A stretch of DNA of 64,000 bases. Source: Felis catus (Eukaryota). Under the pieces are notes generated by a model. It ran no database searches. It saw only the letters and a list, made by a program, of their open reading frames with translations, and was not told the DNA's origin. How positions within the stretch are numbered: the stretch's first letter is position 1; each line of letters opens with the position of its first letter. The translations under genes and the position numbers were made by a program. This document shows, in pieces, positions 12,023 through 24,029 of this stretch. The stretch spans positions 13,270,001-13,334,000 of the forward strand of contig NC_058369.1 of NCBI RefSeq assembly GCF_018350175.1, written 5' to 3'.

Positions 12023-14359
12023 TAGAAGGCAGCATTGGGCTGAGCCTAAAGATCAATGGGGAAAGAGCAGAAGTCAAGCAGGTGCAAAGGCCCTGTGGCA
12101 GGGCTGAAAGAAGCCGACAAGGCTGGTGCGGCTGGAGCAGACCAGGAGGCAATGGTCGTTAGGGGCGGGGGAACAGGAGCTGAGAGGTCCCATACCTGGC
12201 AGCCACACCCCAGAGGGAGGCTCTTGGATCTTGAAAACGTTGAAACAAGTGGCTTTTCCGTGTATACTAGAAGACGCAGGCTCTGGGTGATGGCGAAATC
12301 GCACCAGTGTGTCTGGAGGGCAAACAGCCAGGAGCAGGATCAGCTGGTCTGGCAGTGAGGGTCCCTGAGAGTCAGCCCAGACGTCACTGCTGCGACTCTG
12401 TCCACAGCCGCTGTGTCTGATCTGCAGGGAAGAAGCATGAAGGAGGCCTTGCCGTGGGCAAGCAGTGGAAAGATGTGCTCCTCCATCAAATACCTGCTGG
12501 GCCTTCCTGGTTTACTTGCCATCGTGTCCCCACAGCTCTTGGCTGGACACCACAGCGAAGTCAACCACTGCCCCAGAACATCCCATGGGAAAGGCTCCCC
12601 GGCTTTGTACACTGTTCCTCCCGATCCTTCCTTCTCCGCCTCCCATGGGCTTTACCCATTGATGACTCCCTTCATCGTCTTTCCTGAATCCGCTCCCCTC
12701 CCTGCACCTCGCTGACCAGCCCCTGTCCAGGCCCCCAGATTCTTCTGCCTGGTTGCTGCCTGGCCTCTACTCCGGCCTGATTGTCCTTATCCCCTCCGTA
12801 GCCACAGGGGGCTTCTTAAAAGCATAAATCGATCTTTTCCCTCTCCTGCTCAACACCCCCTCCGTGGCTCCCGTTTGCCCCCACCCTCCCCCTGGCATGG
12901 TCTGACAACCCCCCATCATCTCCCTCCTGGTCGCCCTGTTCCAGCCACAGGGCCTCCCTCTCTCTGCCTTCGGCACCTTACATTTGGGGTCTGACCCTTT
13001 GCGCTTGCTAAACCCTCAGCCCAAGATGCCCTTCCCCCAAGGCTTTGACCTTTCTATCTTTCCTTATTGTCTTTATTATCCTTCAGGAGTTCCCAGGCTG
13101 ATCAGGTGCCCCACCCATGGGCCCGCCCTTCTCCCACAGTGTTAATCAGGATGCTACTAAACGAATTACCTCCTTCCGGTGTTAACATCGGAAGAAAGGG
13201 GCTGGTTTAGTTATACCTGTTCATAGGTTCCACTCGCCTGTCTGCACCCAGGGTGGTCCAGCAGCGGAGTGTTGGCTGACCTGGGCTCCGGTTGTCTGTC
13301 CTTTGTCGGATGTTTAAGTGCGTGATTCCTTTGACAGATTCTGGAAGGCTCTGAGGGTCCGGGTGGGGAATCTCCCAGAAATTCTGCATCTCGGGAAGAA
13401 TAGGATAGACAGACTCCACCCGTCGGAGTCCTGGGCTCCAGTTCTGCTTCACGCTGAGTCTCAGTGTCCCCATCTGCAAGCAGGGACTCTAGGGGCACCT
13501 AAGGAGCCAGTACAGTGACGAGGTCACTGAGTGGTTACCACACGGCCAGTGTGGTTAAAGCCAAGCCCTTTAACACACAATTCCAAGTGACCTCCTTGCC
13601 GGTGGGTGTCGGGGGGCTCAGCACTGCCTCGTCCAAAGGGAAGTGGCTGGCCAAGGTCAGCTCGGGGCTGGGGTTCAGCAACGAATCGGGCTTTCCCACT
13701 CCTTGTTCGCATACCCTCTGTGGCTTCCCCCGACCTCCGGGAGATAGCCCACTTCTCAATCTGGCATTCAAGGTCTTTACAGGGTCTGGCCCCACTCCCT
13801 AGCCTCGGAAATCACCCCCTCCCCAAATTCTGCTTTTCAGCAAAATAAACCACAGACGATACCTTGAATAGGCCTGTTTTCTTTTCCTTCCATGCCTTTC
13901 CGTTTGCTCTTTCCTCTACCTGAATTCCCCTCGGTGAGCTCCTATGCATCCTTCAAAGCCTTAGCTTCAATATCCTGGTCCCTTCTTCTGGCCCCAGGCC
14001 TGATCCCACAGGTACCTGGATTTGTGTCCCCCAGATTGGGAGCTTCTGCGGGGGCCGGGCCCAGGGTTGAGGCTTCTCAGGTTCCCCAGACCTATTTGTT
14101 GAATGAACGAAAGAACGCGTGAATGAATCAACGGTTTTCATATTATCGGTTTTTTGGGGATAAGAGCTGCTGAGACCCTTCTCGGGACTGAAGGACCTGG
14201 AGACAAAGCAGGTTGTTTCTGTGGCGACATGAGGTACCCACTGGGCCACCCTGGGATAACTGTGAGCTCCGCCTCCCCATCTATGAAACAGGGGTGGTGG
14301 ATTTCCCCAGGGTTATTCAAAGCCCATGGACTTCACTGAGTTAGTGGCTGTTTGGACTT

Positions 14360-14594
14360 CTTTTTTTTTTTTTTTTTAATTTTTTTTTCAACGTTTTTTA
14401 TTTATTTTTGGGACAGAGAGAGACAGAGCATGAACGGGGGAGGGGCAGAGAGAGAGGGAGACACAGAACCGGAAACAGGCTCCAGGCTCTGAGCCATCAG
14501 CCCAGAGCCCGACGCGGGGCTCGAACTCACAGACCGCGAGATCGTGACCTGGCTGAAGTCGGACGCTTAACCGACTGCGCCACCCAGGCGCCCC
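14360..14594 (-). mobile_element. Young SINEC_Fc-type SINE
   Basis: TSD CTGTTTGGACTTCT; long T tail. Confidence 0.92.
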
Positions 14595-15085
14595 TGTTTG
14601 GACTTCTGTAAATCCAGTCATTCTGTACGATGAGGACTGGAGGGGGTGGACAGCAGGGTCTTGGGTAGGGGTCAGGGAATTGGACCCAGGCCTGCAAGGA
14701 GTTTCTTTCTCACCAGCTGCCTGGCCCACCCAGCAAAGGCCTCAGGCTGACGCTCAGTAGCTTAGAGGAAGTAATAACCAAACCCACAAGGACAGACCCG
14801 TGACTACACCACCTGGGGCACCACCCACAGCGGCACCCAACAAGGTTTACTAGACCAGTGAATCTTCTGTGCCCTCAGCCTTGCTGACAGGGAGGCCCAG
14901 AAGTTCTTTCCTCTGCCTTGGTGGATGGCAAAAGGAAGGGGGTCTTGGATGCATTAATGGAGGTCTATTATAGGGAGGAGGGGAAGCGGGTCTCCCTCCT
15001 CTGCCTCGAACTCGAGCTCTCAGACCCTAATCAGGAACCTCGTGGGGGCTGGGCTGGTAGGGTAAAGTAGCAGAATCCCTCCGTT

Positions 15086-15298
15086 TAATTTTTCTTTTTT
15101 AGTGTTTATTTTTGAGAGAGAGAGAGACTGAGTATGTGGGGGGAGGGGCAGAGAGAGAGGGAGACACAGAATCCTAAGCAGGCTCCAGGCTCTGAGCTTA
15201 TCAGCACAGAGCTAGATGCAGGGCTCGAACTCACAAGCCTTGAATCATGACCTGAGCTGAAGTCGGATGCTTAACTGACTGAGCCACCCAGGCGCCCC
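15086..15298 (-). mobile_element. Carnivore SINE
   Basis: TSD CAGAATCCCTCC. Confidence 0.9.
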
Positions 15299-15651
15299 AG
15301 AATCCCTCCATTGAGGGAAACCTTAGACCTGGGGAGAAAAAATGGGGAATGCGGGTGGCTGTCGGTTAAGTGTCCGACTCTTGGTTTCGGCTCAGGTCAC
15401 GATCTCACCGATGATGAGTTTGAGCCCTGCTTGGGATTCTCTCCGTCTCCCTCTCTCTGTGCCTCCCCTGCTTGTGCTCAGTCTGTCTCAAAGTAAACAA
15501 ACTTAGAAAAAATAACAGTAGAGCGCAAAAGTCCTCCGTATGATGAATTTGTATAAAAACCCATCGCAAGGTTTTGTGTTCCACCCTGAGTCTCCACTTC
15601 CAATCTTCCCTCGTTTTGAGTTCTCTGTTCTGGGTTTCTCTTGGTTTAGAC

Positions 15652-15878
15652 CAGGATATCTCAGCCTTGACAATGTTAACGTTTGCGGCTGGATTATCCG
15701 GAGGCGAGGCTATCCTAGATCCTGCAGGATGTTAATTGCAACAGCATCCCGGCTTCCACCCACTTAATGCCATTAACAGCGCCATACCTCCACCCTTTGC
15801 AAATGGTGACGGCCAGGAATGTCTCCAGATGTTGCCAAGTGTATCCTGGGGACAGAACCGCCTGTTTGAAAATCCCTG
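15652..15878 (-). mobile_element. MER20-like hAT DNA transposon fossil
   Basis: CAG...CTG ends; internal AATGTCTCCAGATGTTGCCAAGTGT..CCTGGGG and CAGCATCCC..CTTCCACCCACT..ATGCCA match the MER20 consensus as recalled. Confidence 0.8.
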
Positions 15879-15910
15879 ATTTCAGCTCTGAACTGCAGAT
15901 GGGGGGGGGG

Positions 15911-16315
15911 GGTGCACCTGGGTGGCTCAGTCAGTTAAGCATCCGACTTCAGCTCAGGTCACAATCTCGTGGTCCGTGAGTTCGAGCCCCGCGTCGGGCT
16001 CTGGGCTGATGGCTCAGAGCCTGGAGCCTGTTTCCGATTCTGTGTCTCCCTCTCTCTCTGCCCCTCCCCCATTCATGCTCTGTCTCTCTCTGTCTCAAAA
16101 ATAAATAAACGTTAAAAAAATTTACTTATTTATTTTAGAGCGAGCGAGCATGAGCAGGGGAGGGACAGAGAGAAAGGGAGAGAGAGCATCCCAAGCAAGG
16201 TCCGCACTCTCGGTGCAGAGCCTGACTCGGAGCTCGAACTCACGAGCCACGAGATCGTGACCTGAGCAGGAACCAAGGGTCAGAGGCTCAACCCACTGAG
16301 CCACCCAGGCACCCG
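15911..16315. mobile_element. Tail-to-tail inverted SINE pair (+15911-16120, -16121-16315)
   Basis: Two SINE bodies joined at their A/T tails. Confidence 0.9.
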
Positions 16316-17027
16316 TTTTCTATCCTTGTAGCTCGGGGTTTGCCTGGGAACCACACCTTTCCCGTCGTCCATCCTAAACTCAGGCCTCTCTTCAGTTTGG
16401 GAAAATGTCCTTCCGGGATTCCATTCACTCTTGGGCCTCATCCATTGGTGCACGGTTTTATCCCAAGGTTATTTGCCTTTTGGGGTCTCCCAGACCTGCC
16501 CTCCAGCAGCCTAATCACCCCCCCCCACCCCACCCAGGCCTGGCAGCCACGCTGGAATGTCGCAGCGACAAGACAGGCCCTATGCCACCCGCGGACAGGG
16601 TCCTGAAGCTGCTGAGGCTCCGCCAGCTCCGTGCACCTGCCCTTCCCTCCCCTGCGACCTTGCCCCCAGACCTCAGCCACCCTGGCTCTTCTGTGCCACT
16701 CGCATCCAGCTGGCATGCCCGCCAGGCCTCAAAAGCCACACCTGCCACCGGGCCCCATTTCCTCCTGTGCCTTTTGTCACCTCGTGTCATTTCAGTGAGG
16801 TTTTAATTTGGCGTTTGTTCGCCCTCAAGAGCCGAGGGTTCCATAGTGGAGACGGTTAGGTACCCCGTGCCTGTGGAAATCCAGCGTTCATTCGTTGCTT
16901 GTCCGTTCAGCATCCATTTAGCGCCTACTGCACACCAAGCACAGTTCTGGGGGCTGAGAATAAGATGGTGACCGAGACAAGAGCTCATGTTCTGGTGGCG
17001 GAGATGGATGAGAAACCATATATATAC

Positions 17028-17232
17028 TTTTTAATGTTTGGCTTGATTTTTGAGAGAGAGCGTGAGTGGGGGAGGGGCAGAGAGAGAGAGACACAGAATC
17101 CAAAGCAGGCTCCGGACTCCCGAGCTGTCGGCACAGAGCCCGAGGCGGGGCTCAAACCCATGCACCGCGAGATCACGATCATGACCAGAGCCGAAGTCAG
17201 ACGCTGAACGGACCGAGCCCCCCGGGGGGCCC
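17028..17232 (-). mobile_element. Carnivore SINE
   Basis: Consensus body on the minus strand. Confidence 0.85.
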
Positions 17233-18263
17233 TGGGAAACAACACATTTTTCAAGTTTCATCATATATTTTAGGAGATGTAAAGTGCCGTGGAAGAAAAA
17301 AAAAAAAGGAGAACAGGGTCGGGGACCAGGGCTGCTAGTGAGATAGCGTGTCCTGAGGAGGGCACGTTGGAGCAAAGACCAGAAAGGTGTGAGGGAGGGA
17401 ACCGTGTGCCCGTCTGGGGAAGAGTATTCCAGGCAGAGGGAATAATCTGTGCAAAAATCCTGATGCAGGATCATACGCAGCGTGTTTGAGGTTAAAACCC
17501 CCACAGAAACACTCTTACGTGGGGTTAATTCTCCCCGTTTTACATGGAGGCTCAGAGAGGGCAGGCTTCTTTTCCAAAGTCACACAGCAGAGCCTGTGGG
17601 GTAAGATCTGAGCCCTGTTTCCGGGAGACATCTGGCCGGAGGGGCTCGGCCGGGCAGTGTGCAGACACATTAGGGAAATGGCCTCGTGGATCCAGGAGGA
17701 AGGCACCCTTCCCGCTTGGGGCAGGGGGAGCCTTCCGGAATCCACTGACTGCCTCACGTTTTCCAGGTGCCGGTGGGCAGAACAAAGAGACCCCAGAACA
17801 GCACAGGCAGCCTGAGGTAAGTCCTGAGGTCCACGTATTCATTCAACAAACACTCGTTGACGCACGGGGAGTGATGGCAGCGGGATTGAAACCCAGGAGT
17901 GGGGCTCTGGAGTCTGTACCTCTCTGGGGTGAGTCAACACGACACGCATCTGAGAATGGGTGAGTCCTGCCTTGGGTCTCATCCAGTAGGTTCATGCTGC
18001 GCCGGAAAACAGACCTTCACATTTAGGACTGAACAACACTAGAGACACTACCTCTCCAGACGAAAGGACATTAAGGGAATCCAGGGAAGCCCGGGAAAGG
18101 GATCTGGAAGGGAGACCGAGGGCTCTGCCTGGATACGGGGAAGGAAGGCTTCTAGGAGGAGGCGACATTAGAGCTGGGGCTTCGAAGGATGAGTCAGAGT
18201 TTACCAGAGAGAACCTTCATGAATTTACTTTTATTCATGAATTTATTCATTCAAACACTCCCT

Positions 18264-18490
18264 GGGGCGCCTGGGTGGCGCAGTCGGTTAAGCGTCTGAC
18301 TTCAGCCAGGTCACGATCTCGCGGTCTGTGAGTTCGAGCCCCGCGTCAGGCTCTGGGCTGATGGCTCGGAGCCTGGAGCCTGTTTCCGATTCTGTGTCTC
18401 CCTCTCACTCTGCCCCTCCCCCGTTCATGCTCTGTCTCTCTCTGTCCCAAAAATAACGTTGAAAAAAATTTTTAAAAAGAAAAAAAAACA
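18264..18490 (+). mobile_element. Young SINEC_Fc-type SINE
   Basis: TSD AAACACTCCCT. Confidence 0.92.
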
Positions 18491-18746
18491 CTCCCTGCTT
18501 CCCCCATGTGTCTGCCCCCTGCTGGGCAACTCCGGGACCCTCAGGAAGTCACCAGTCTTAGAAAGACAAAGCTAAACGCAGACACCCCCGTGGGATCAAG
18601 ACTGGACCAGAGAGGGGTAGACAGAGCTACAGGTGTCAGACAGAATCAGGAGTGTTCCCGAGGGGTTAAAGAGGGCTTCCCAGGGGCGCCCGGGTGGCTC
18701 AGTCGGTTAGGCCTCCGACTTCAGCTCAGGTCACGATCTCGCAATC

Positions 18747-18928
18747 CTAGAAGCTTGGAGCTTCCTAGTGGGGCAAGTGAAAAGGGAAGCAGGAAGCATC
18801 CTCATAGCTCTCAACGGATAAAGAGGGAATTCTTTGGGTTTCTGGGCCATTTCTGAGGCAGGGACGTGAGGAAGACCAGGTCAAAAGCGGGGGGGATTCC
18901 GGGCACACCGAGCCTGGGAGGCTCACCT
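18747..18928 (+). repeat. Left arm of a ~98%-identical inverted repeat flanking the first B3GNT3 coding exon
   Basis: Reverse complement of 20347-20530, with 2 substitutions and 2 single-base indels by manual alignment. Confidence 0.95.
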
Positions 18929-19196
18929 TGGCACCTCCAGGCCTCGGTTTTGTCTGTAAGGATTTAATCCCCCGCAAGGCCTGGGCACCTGTCAGAGCCA
19001 ACGTGGGTTGAGGGGCGGGAGGAGGTGTGGGGTGTGGGGGGGATAGGAGAGCGTGCGTTTCAATATCGTACCGACCGGAGCGACTGTAGGGCTGCACCCA
19101 GGTGTTGGGGTCCACAGGTACCTCAGGGAAGGCGCTTGACCCGTTTGGTATCTTCATTGCCTGTTACTCTTAGCAGGAACCACCAGGCCGGCCAGG

Positions 19197-19775
19197 ATGA
19201 GATGTTCTCGGCCCCGCAGCACAGAGGCGGCCCTGCCTGTAGCTCTGAGCATCGTCACCCTCTTCTTCTTCATTCTGTACATGTCATCGCCCGCCTTCCA
19301 GAGCCTGAAGGAGCCCCAGGACAACCCCGTGGCCCTGACCTGGCCCTCTCTACCCTCTCGGCCTGCCCCGCGCCCCCCGCCCGCCCCCTGCAGGGCCAAC
19401 GCCTCCGTGGCCACCCTGCCCAGCTTCGAGGGGCAGCCACAGCAGGTGCGTGACTTCCTGCTGTACAGGCACTGCCGTGACTTCCCGCTGCTGCAGGACG
19501 TGCCCCTGGGCAAGTGCGCGCCGCCCGTCTTCCTGCTGCTGGTGATCAAATCCTCGCCCGGGAATTACGAGCGGCGGGAGCTGGTGCGGCGCACTTGGGG
19601 CCGCGAGCGCCAGGTGCGGGGTGTCCAGCTGCGCCGCCTCTTCCTGGTGGGGACGGCCCCTAACCCCCTGGAGGCTCGCAAGGTCAACCGGCTGCTGGCG
19701 CTGGAGGCACAGGCCCACGGCGACATCCTGCAGTGGGACTTCCATGACTCCTTCTTCAACCTCACGCTCAAACAG
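19197..19775 (+). CDS. B3GNT3: B3GNT3 first coding exon (193 codons)
   Basis: ATG at 19197; tandem acceptor TAGCAG at 19171-19176; donor GT at 19776. Confidence 0.95.
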
Positions 19776-21943
19776 GTGAGCCCGCGGGGAGTCACCTGAT
19801 GAGGGCCACCCCCTCCTCCCTGCCCCCTCACCACCGCCTCCTCTGAGGGGCCCAGGGGCCCAGAAGTCCCCATCCATCCCTCCCCGCTTTCTTCGCTGCC
19901 CTCACAGCGATCGGCGATCGGAGTCGCTAAGGGAGGCGGGGAGAAAGGGCAGGGTGACCCGATGTACAAGCCCGGCTGGCTCTCGGAGCCTGATGCCCTA
20001 GGTTTGAATTCATGCTCTGCTGCTTGCTTGATAATCATTTACCACGCGGGGCTTCCGTTTCCTCATAGTTATCAAGGAAATGGGATTGCTTGGATCTGCC
20101 CACCTCCCTCCCAGGGCTGTTACGAGAATTACAGGAGATAATATTTACAAAGCTTCTAGAGCAGTGCCAGATGTTCAAATGACAAGCGAGGGTTCGGGGC
20201 GCCGGACACAACATCTTGTTGACTTGTTCTGTCTCCCCGTGAGGCCCAGGTCTGTGCCACGGGTGCTCAATAAAGACCTTTTTGGTGGACCAGAACCCAC
20301 AAGAAGTAGAGAGAACCCTGCCTTGACCCAGATAAGGAGTAGCCTTAGGTGAGCCTCCCAGGCTCGGTGTGCCCAGAATCCCCCCCCGCCTTTTGACCTG
20401 GTCTTCCTCACGTCCCTGCCTCAGAAATGGCCCAGAAACCCAAAGAATTCCCTCTTTATCCGTTGAGAGCTATGAGGATGCTTCCTGCTTCCCTTTTCAC
20501 TTGCCCCACTAGGAAGCTCCGAGCTTCTAGCATTCTGATACACGCCACCACCGACATTCTCTAGACCAGAATTAGAATGAGATTAGAATTAGAGGCTCTG
20601 AGGACCTACCCAGGAGTCGAAGGGGACCCAGTGTGGGTCCCTGCTTACAGTTGGCACAGACGGGTCTGGGCTCAAGACCTTAAGTTGCTACGTATCTGTT
20701 GTGTGACCTTGTCCAAGTCACTTTATCTGCAGAGCCTCTATTTCCTCATTGGTAGATGGGGTTGAAGATCACCCCTGCTTGCAGGAGAGACTCCAGGCAG
20801 GGCGGTGCCTGGCGTTGCAGCAAAAGTTATTACAGAGGAAACTGAAACTGAGGCGGTTAGAGGGCCAGAGCCTCTCAACCTGCCACGTTCTTCATTCAAA
20901 ACACAAAAGCATGTAAAAATGTCAATTTGACAAATCTGAATCCAGTACCTATGAAGCGATGACCCCACACTGGGTGCTCGGAAGATAACACGGGAGAGAC
21001 ACAGTCCACCCCCACCCCAGGGGAAGCCTAGAGTCTGGTGGGGAAGGTAGATGTTAAATAATAGACAGACGAGTAACTATTTACCAGCAGTGCTTGGCCA
21101 GGCAGAGTCAGAAGGAGCTACAATAAATGTAAATGTGACAAATTTTCCAGCACTTGTTGGCGCTTTACCGAGCATCATCTCCACAGGTCCCCAACACTCC
21201 CGGAGACAGGTCCTCTGATGAGGTCTGTCCGGAAGGTTGGAGACTGAAGCTCAGGGTGGGGCCTCAAACCCATGCTAGTCTGGCCCGGGGACGCAGCCTC
21301 GTCTGGGCTCCTTGGGCTGGGCGGCCGGCCGGGACCCACAGCTGATTGCCCCAGCCCTCAAGCTCGTGTGCCCTGTCCGCCTCGCCTTCAGGTGCTCTTC
21401 CTAAAGTGGCAGGAGACTCGGTGCACCAATGCCAGCTTCGTGCTCAATGGGGATGATGACGTCTTCGCACACACAGACAACATGGTCTCCTACCTACGGG
21501 ACCATAATCCCGACCGCCACCTCTTTGTGGGGCAACTGATCCACAGTGTGGGCCCCATCCGGGTTCCCTGGAGCAAGTACTATGTGCCAACAGTGGTGAC
21601 ACAGGAGGAGCAGTACCCTCCCTACTGTGGGGGGGGTGGCTTCCTGCTGTCCCGCTTCACGGCCGCTGCCCTGCGCCGGGCCGCCTCCACACTGGACCTC
21701 TTCCCTATCGATGATGTCTTCCTGGGCATGTGCCTGAAGCAGGAAGGTCTGAAGCCCGCCTCACACGGCGGTATCCGCACAGCTGGCATTGGGGCTCCCT
21801 CGGCCCGCGTATCCTCCTTTGACCCCTGTTTCTACCGGGAGCTGCTGCTGGTCCATCGTTTCTTGCCATACGAGATGCTACTCATGTGGGACGCCCTGAG
21901 CCGACCCAACCTCACCTGTGGCCAGCAGATGCAGGTCTACTGA
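19197..21943 (+). CDS. B3GNT3: Beta-1,3-N-acetylglucosaminyltransferase 3; join(19197..19775,21392..21943), 376 aa
   Basis: Type II membrane anchor ([17 protein letters not shown]), GT31 motifs [55 protein letters not shown]. Phase-0 intron CAG|GTGAGC ... TTCAG|GTG. Lies next to INSL3/JAK3 as in human. Confidence 0.95.
20347..20530 (-). repeat. Right arm of the inverted repeat
   Basis: Reverse complement of 18747-18928. Confidence 0.95.
21392..21943 (+). CDS. B3GNT3: B3GNT3 last coding exon (VLFLKWQ...QMQVY*)
   Basis: Acceptor CAG at 21389-21391, in frame with ORF 21272..21943; contains the DxD-type DDD motif. Confidence 0.95.
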   Translation: MLFLKWQETRCTNASFVLNGDDDVFAHTDNMVSYLRDHNPDRHLFVGQLIHSVGPIRVPWSKYYVPTVVTQEEQYPPYCGGGGFLLSRFTAAALRRAASTLDLFPIDDVFLGMCLKQEGLKPASHGGIRTAGIGAPSARVSSFDPCFYRELLLVHRFLPYEMLLMWDALSRPNLTCGQQMQVY

Positions 21944-22890
21944 GGTGGGATCAGGGCCCGCAGCCTCTAGGCTCTGGTCTCCACCCCCACTGGGAGGGGC
22001 TGCATCTTCCTCCCGGAAAGCAGAAAGCTCTGTTCTCCCAAGTGGGCCGGGCACAGCGGAGCGCCAGGGCGGGTTTGATGAGCGACTAGTCTAGCTGGCA
22101 AACTCCTAGACGTCCTGCAAAACCCACCCGGTCCTCGAACCCATGTTCCGTCATCCTCCCTAGCCTCTCAGCTGAAGGGGGACAATCTCTTCCCAGGGCA
22201 GCCAACTGCAGAAGCACTTCTGAGTCAAGGTCCTGTTTCCCAGCTCCGACCTTGATCATGGGACGGACCTTCCATGGTGGCCAAGCCCTCCTTGGTAGTA
22301 AAGCCACAGTGGTTTAATGGTAGGTGAGTTCCAGCCATGGTTCAAGGTCCGTTGGGAACCCTAGGTCCACATGCAGCTGAAGTGAGAAGTATTTGGCTGG
22401 CTGGGAAAGGGGTTTTGTTCGCTCCCTCTGCCCCCCCCCCCCGATGGTAGAAGGGGCTGGAGAGCCCCGTGAGTGGGACCACCCCCTCCCTGCTCTAATG
22501 GTGGAAATGTCGGGCAGAGGAGGCAGACGGCTGTCTGACTCAGGCTATGAGAGCTCGGACTTTCTGGAGTCCCCGAGAGAGCCCAGCTCCCATATTTGTG
22601 CTCTCCCCAAATCCCGGGAACGAGATCAACACACGCACTCACCCCGGTGCCCAGAGAAAGGGGCGATTCAAGCCCTTGGATGTCTCTGAGCTCTGGGGAC
22701 CCAAGACCGGCCCCCACCCCAGTATGTTGGACTGGGGAGATCCAAGCAGAAGAGTGATACCCCCCACCCCAGCCCTGCTGGCTCTGGGCAGATGTCGGGG
22801 GGCTTGGACTTTGTAGGCTTCGGAGCTGTGCTTGGGAGGGAGGAAGGGGGTACCTCGGCAGAGTGAGGACTGGGGAGCGGGCCCTCCGGG

Positions 22891-22896
22891 AATAAA
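22891..22896 (+). terminator. B3GNT3: Probable B3GNT3 polyadenylation signal AATAAA
   Basis: AATAAA ~950 nt after the stop codon, followed by a G/T-rich tract (TTTTGTTGTTTTT). Confidence 0.7.
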
Positions 22897-24029
22897 ATGT
22901 TTTGTGAGGACCTGAGTTTTGGGGGTTTTGTTGTTTTTAAAGCGGTTTGCAAGTTGTAACTGAGACCAGTCTACGATCTGTACAAGTCACGTTTGCAGTA
23001 GAAAACACACCAACAAAAATGACTTGGATGAACAGGAGCTCCTGTCAACAGGTCTGACGTCATCTTGCCCCTGCTCACGTACCCTTGATGGTTCCCTATC
23101 ACCCTCAGCTCATGTCACCCCACCCAGACCGGGTCTCACCGCCAGCTGGACAGCACGCTCGTGGGGGGAGAGAGAGGCACAGGGGTGAGACTGCTCCTGG
23201 CTGCGGGCCTCCTGCTTCCGGCAAGGCTCTTTCCAAACACCACCCAGCCCCTCTCCTCCCCAGACGCCCCTCCCACTAGGATCGTGGCTCCGCTGTCCTC
23301 TGTCCCACTTCCTGCTCTCCCTTCGTTAAGGATTTGTGCACCTCCTGTATGCTGCACACCTTGCCCTATATTCCTGCTGCCGGTGCTGTGTTGGCAGATA
23401 CCCACCCTGTAGTGAGAAAACAAACCTGTGAACAAATAGGAAGTTACCGGAAGTGGTAGGAACTTGGAGAAGTCAAGCAGGTGGACACACAGGGATGGGA
23501 AAGAGTATTAGCTGAGAGATCAGGAGACTGGAGCTGGGACCTGCGGAAGGAGGACATGGCCCTGGGAGGAACCGGGAGAAGGGAGTTCTAGGCAGAGGGC
23601 ACAGCATGTGCAAAGGCCCTGCGGTGGGACAATCCGGAAATGTTCAAGTTGCAGCGAAAAGGCCGTGGCTAGAGGTAGGTGAGTAAGGACGATACGGGGT
23701 AAGGAGGGACGCGAAGTCACAGGGGCTGGCCACATGGGGACTCGTGGGCTGGGGTGAGGAGAAAGAGAGGGTGTTCTTTTGAGAGTGATGGTACCTTTGA
23801 GCAATGAAAGGACATGATTGTTTTTTAAGTTTTAAGAAGCCCTATGGCTGCCATAGGGACTGCTGGGAAGGGGGGTGACGGTACCATCCAGGCAAGGGAA
23901 GGCAGGCCCAGATGACACAGGGGCTGCAGGGATTTCTAGCATGTAGGTCAGACCTCATCCTGCCCCTGCTCACACACCTGTGGCTCCCCATTGCCCCCGG
24001 GAGAGAGTCCTGCTCCCCTGCTGCCCCGG

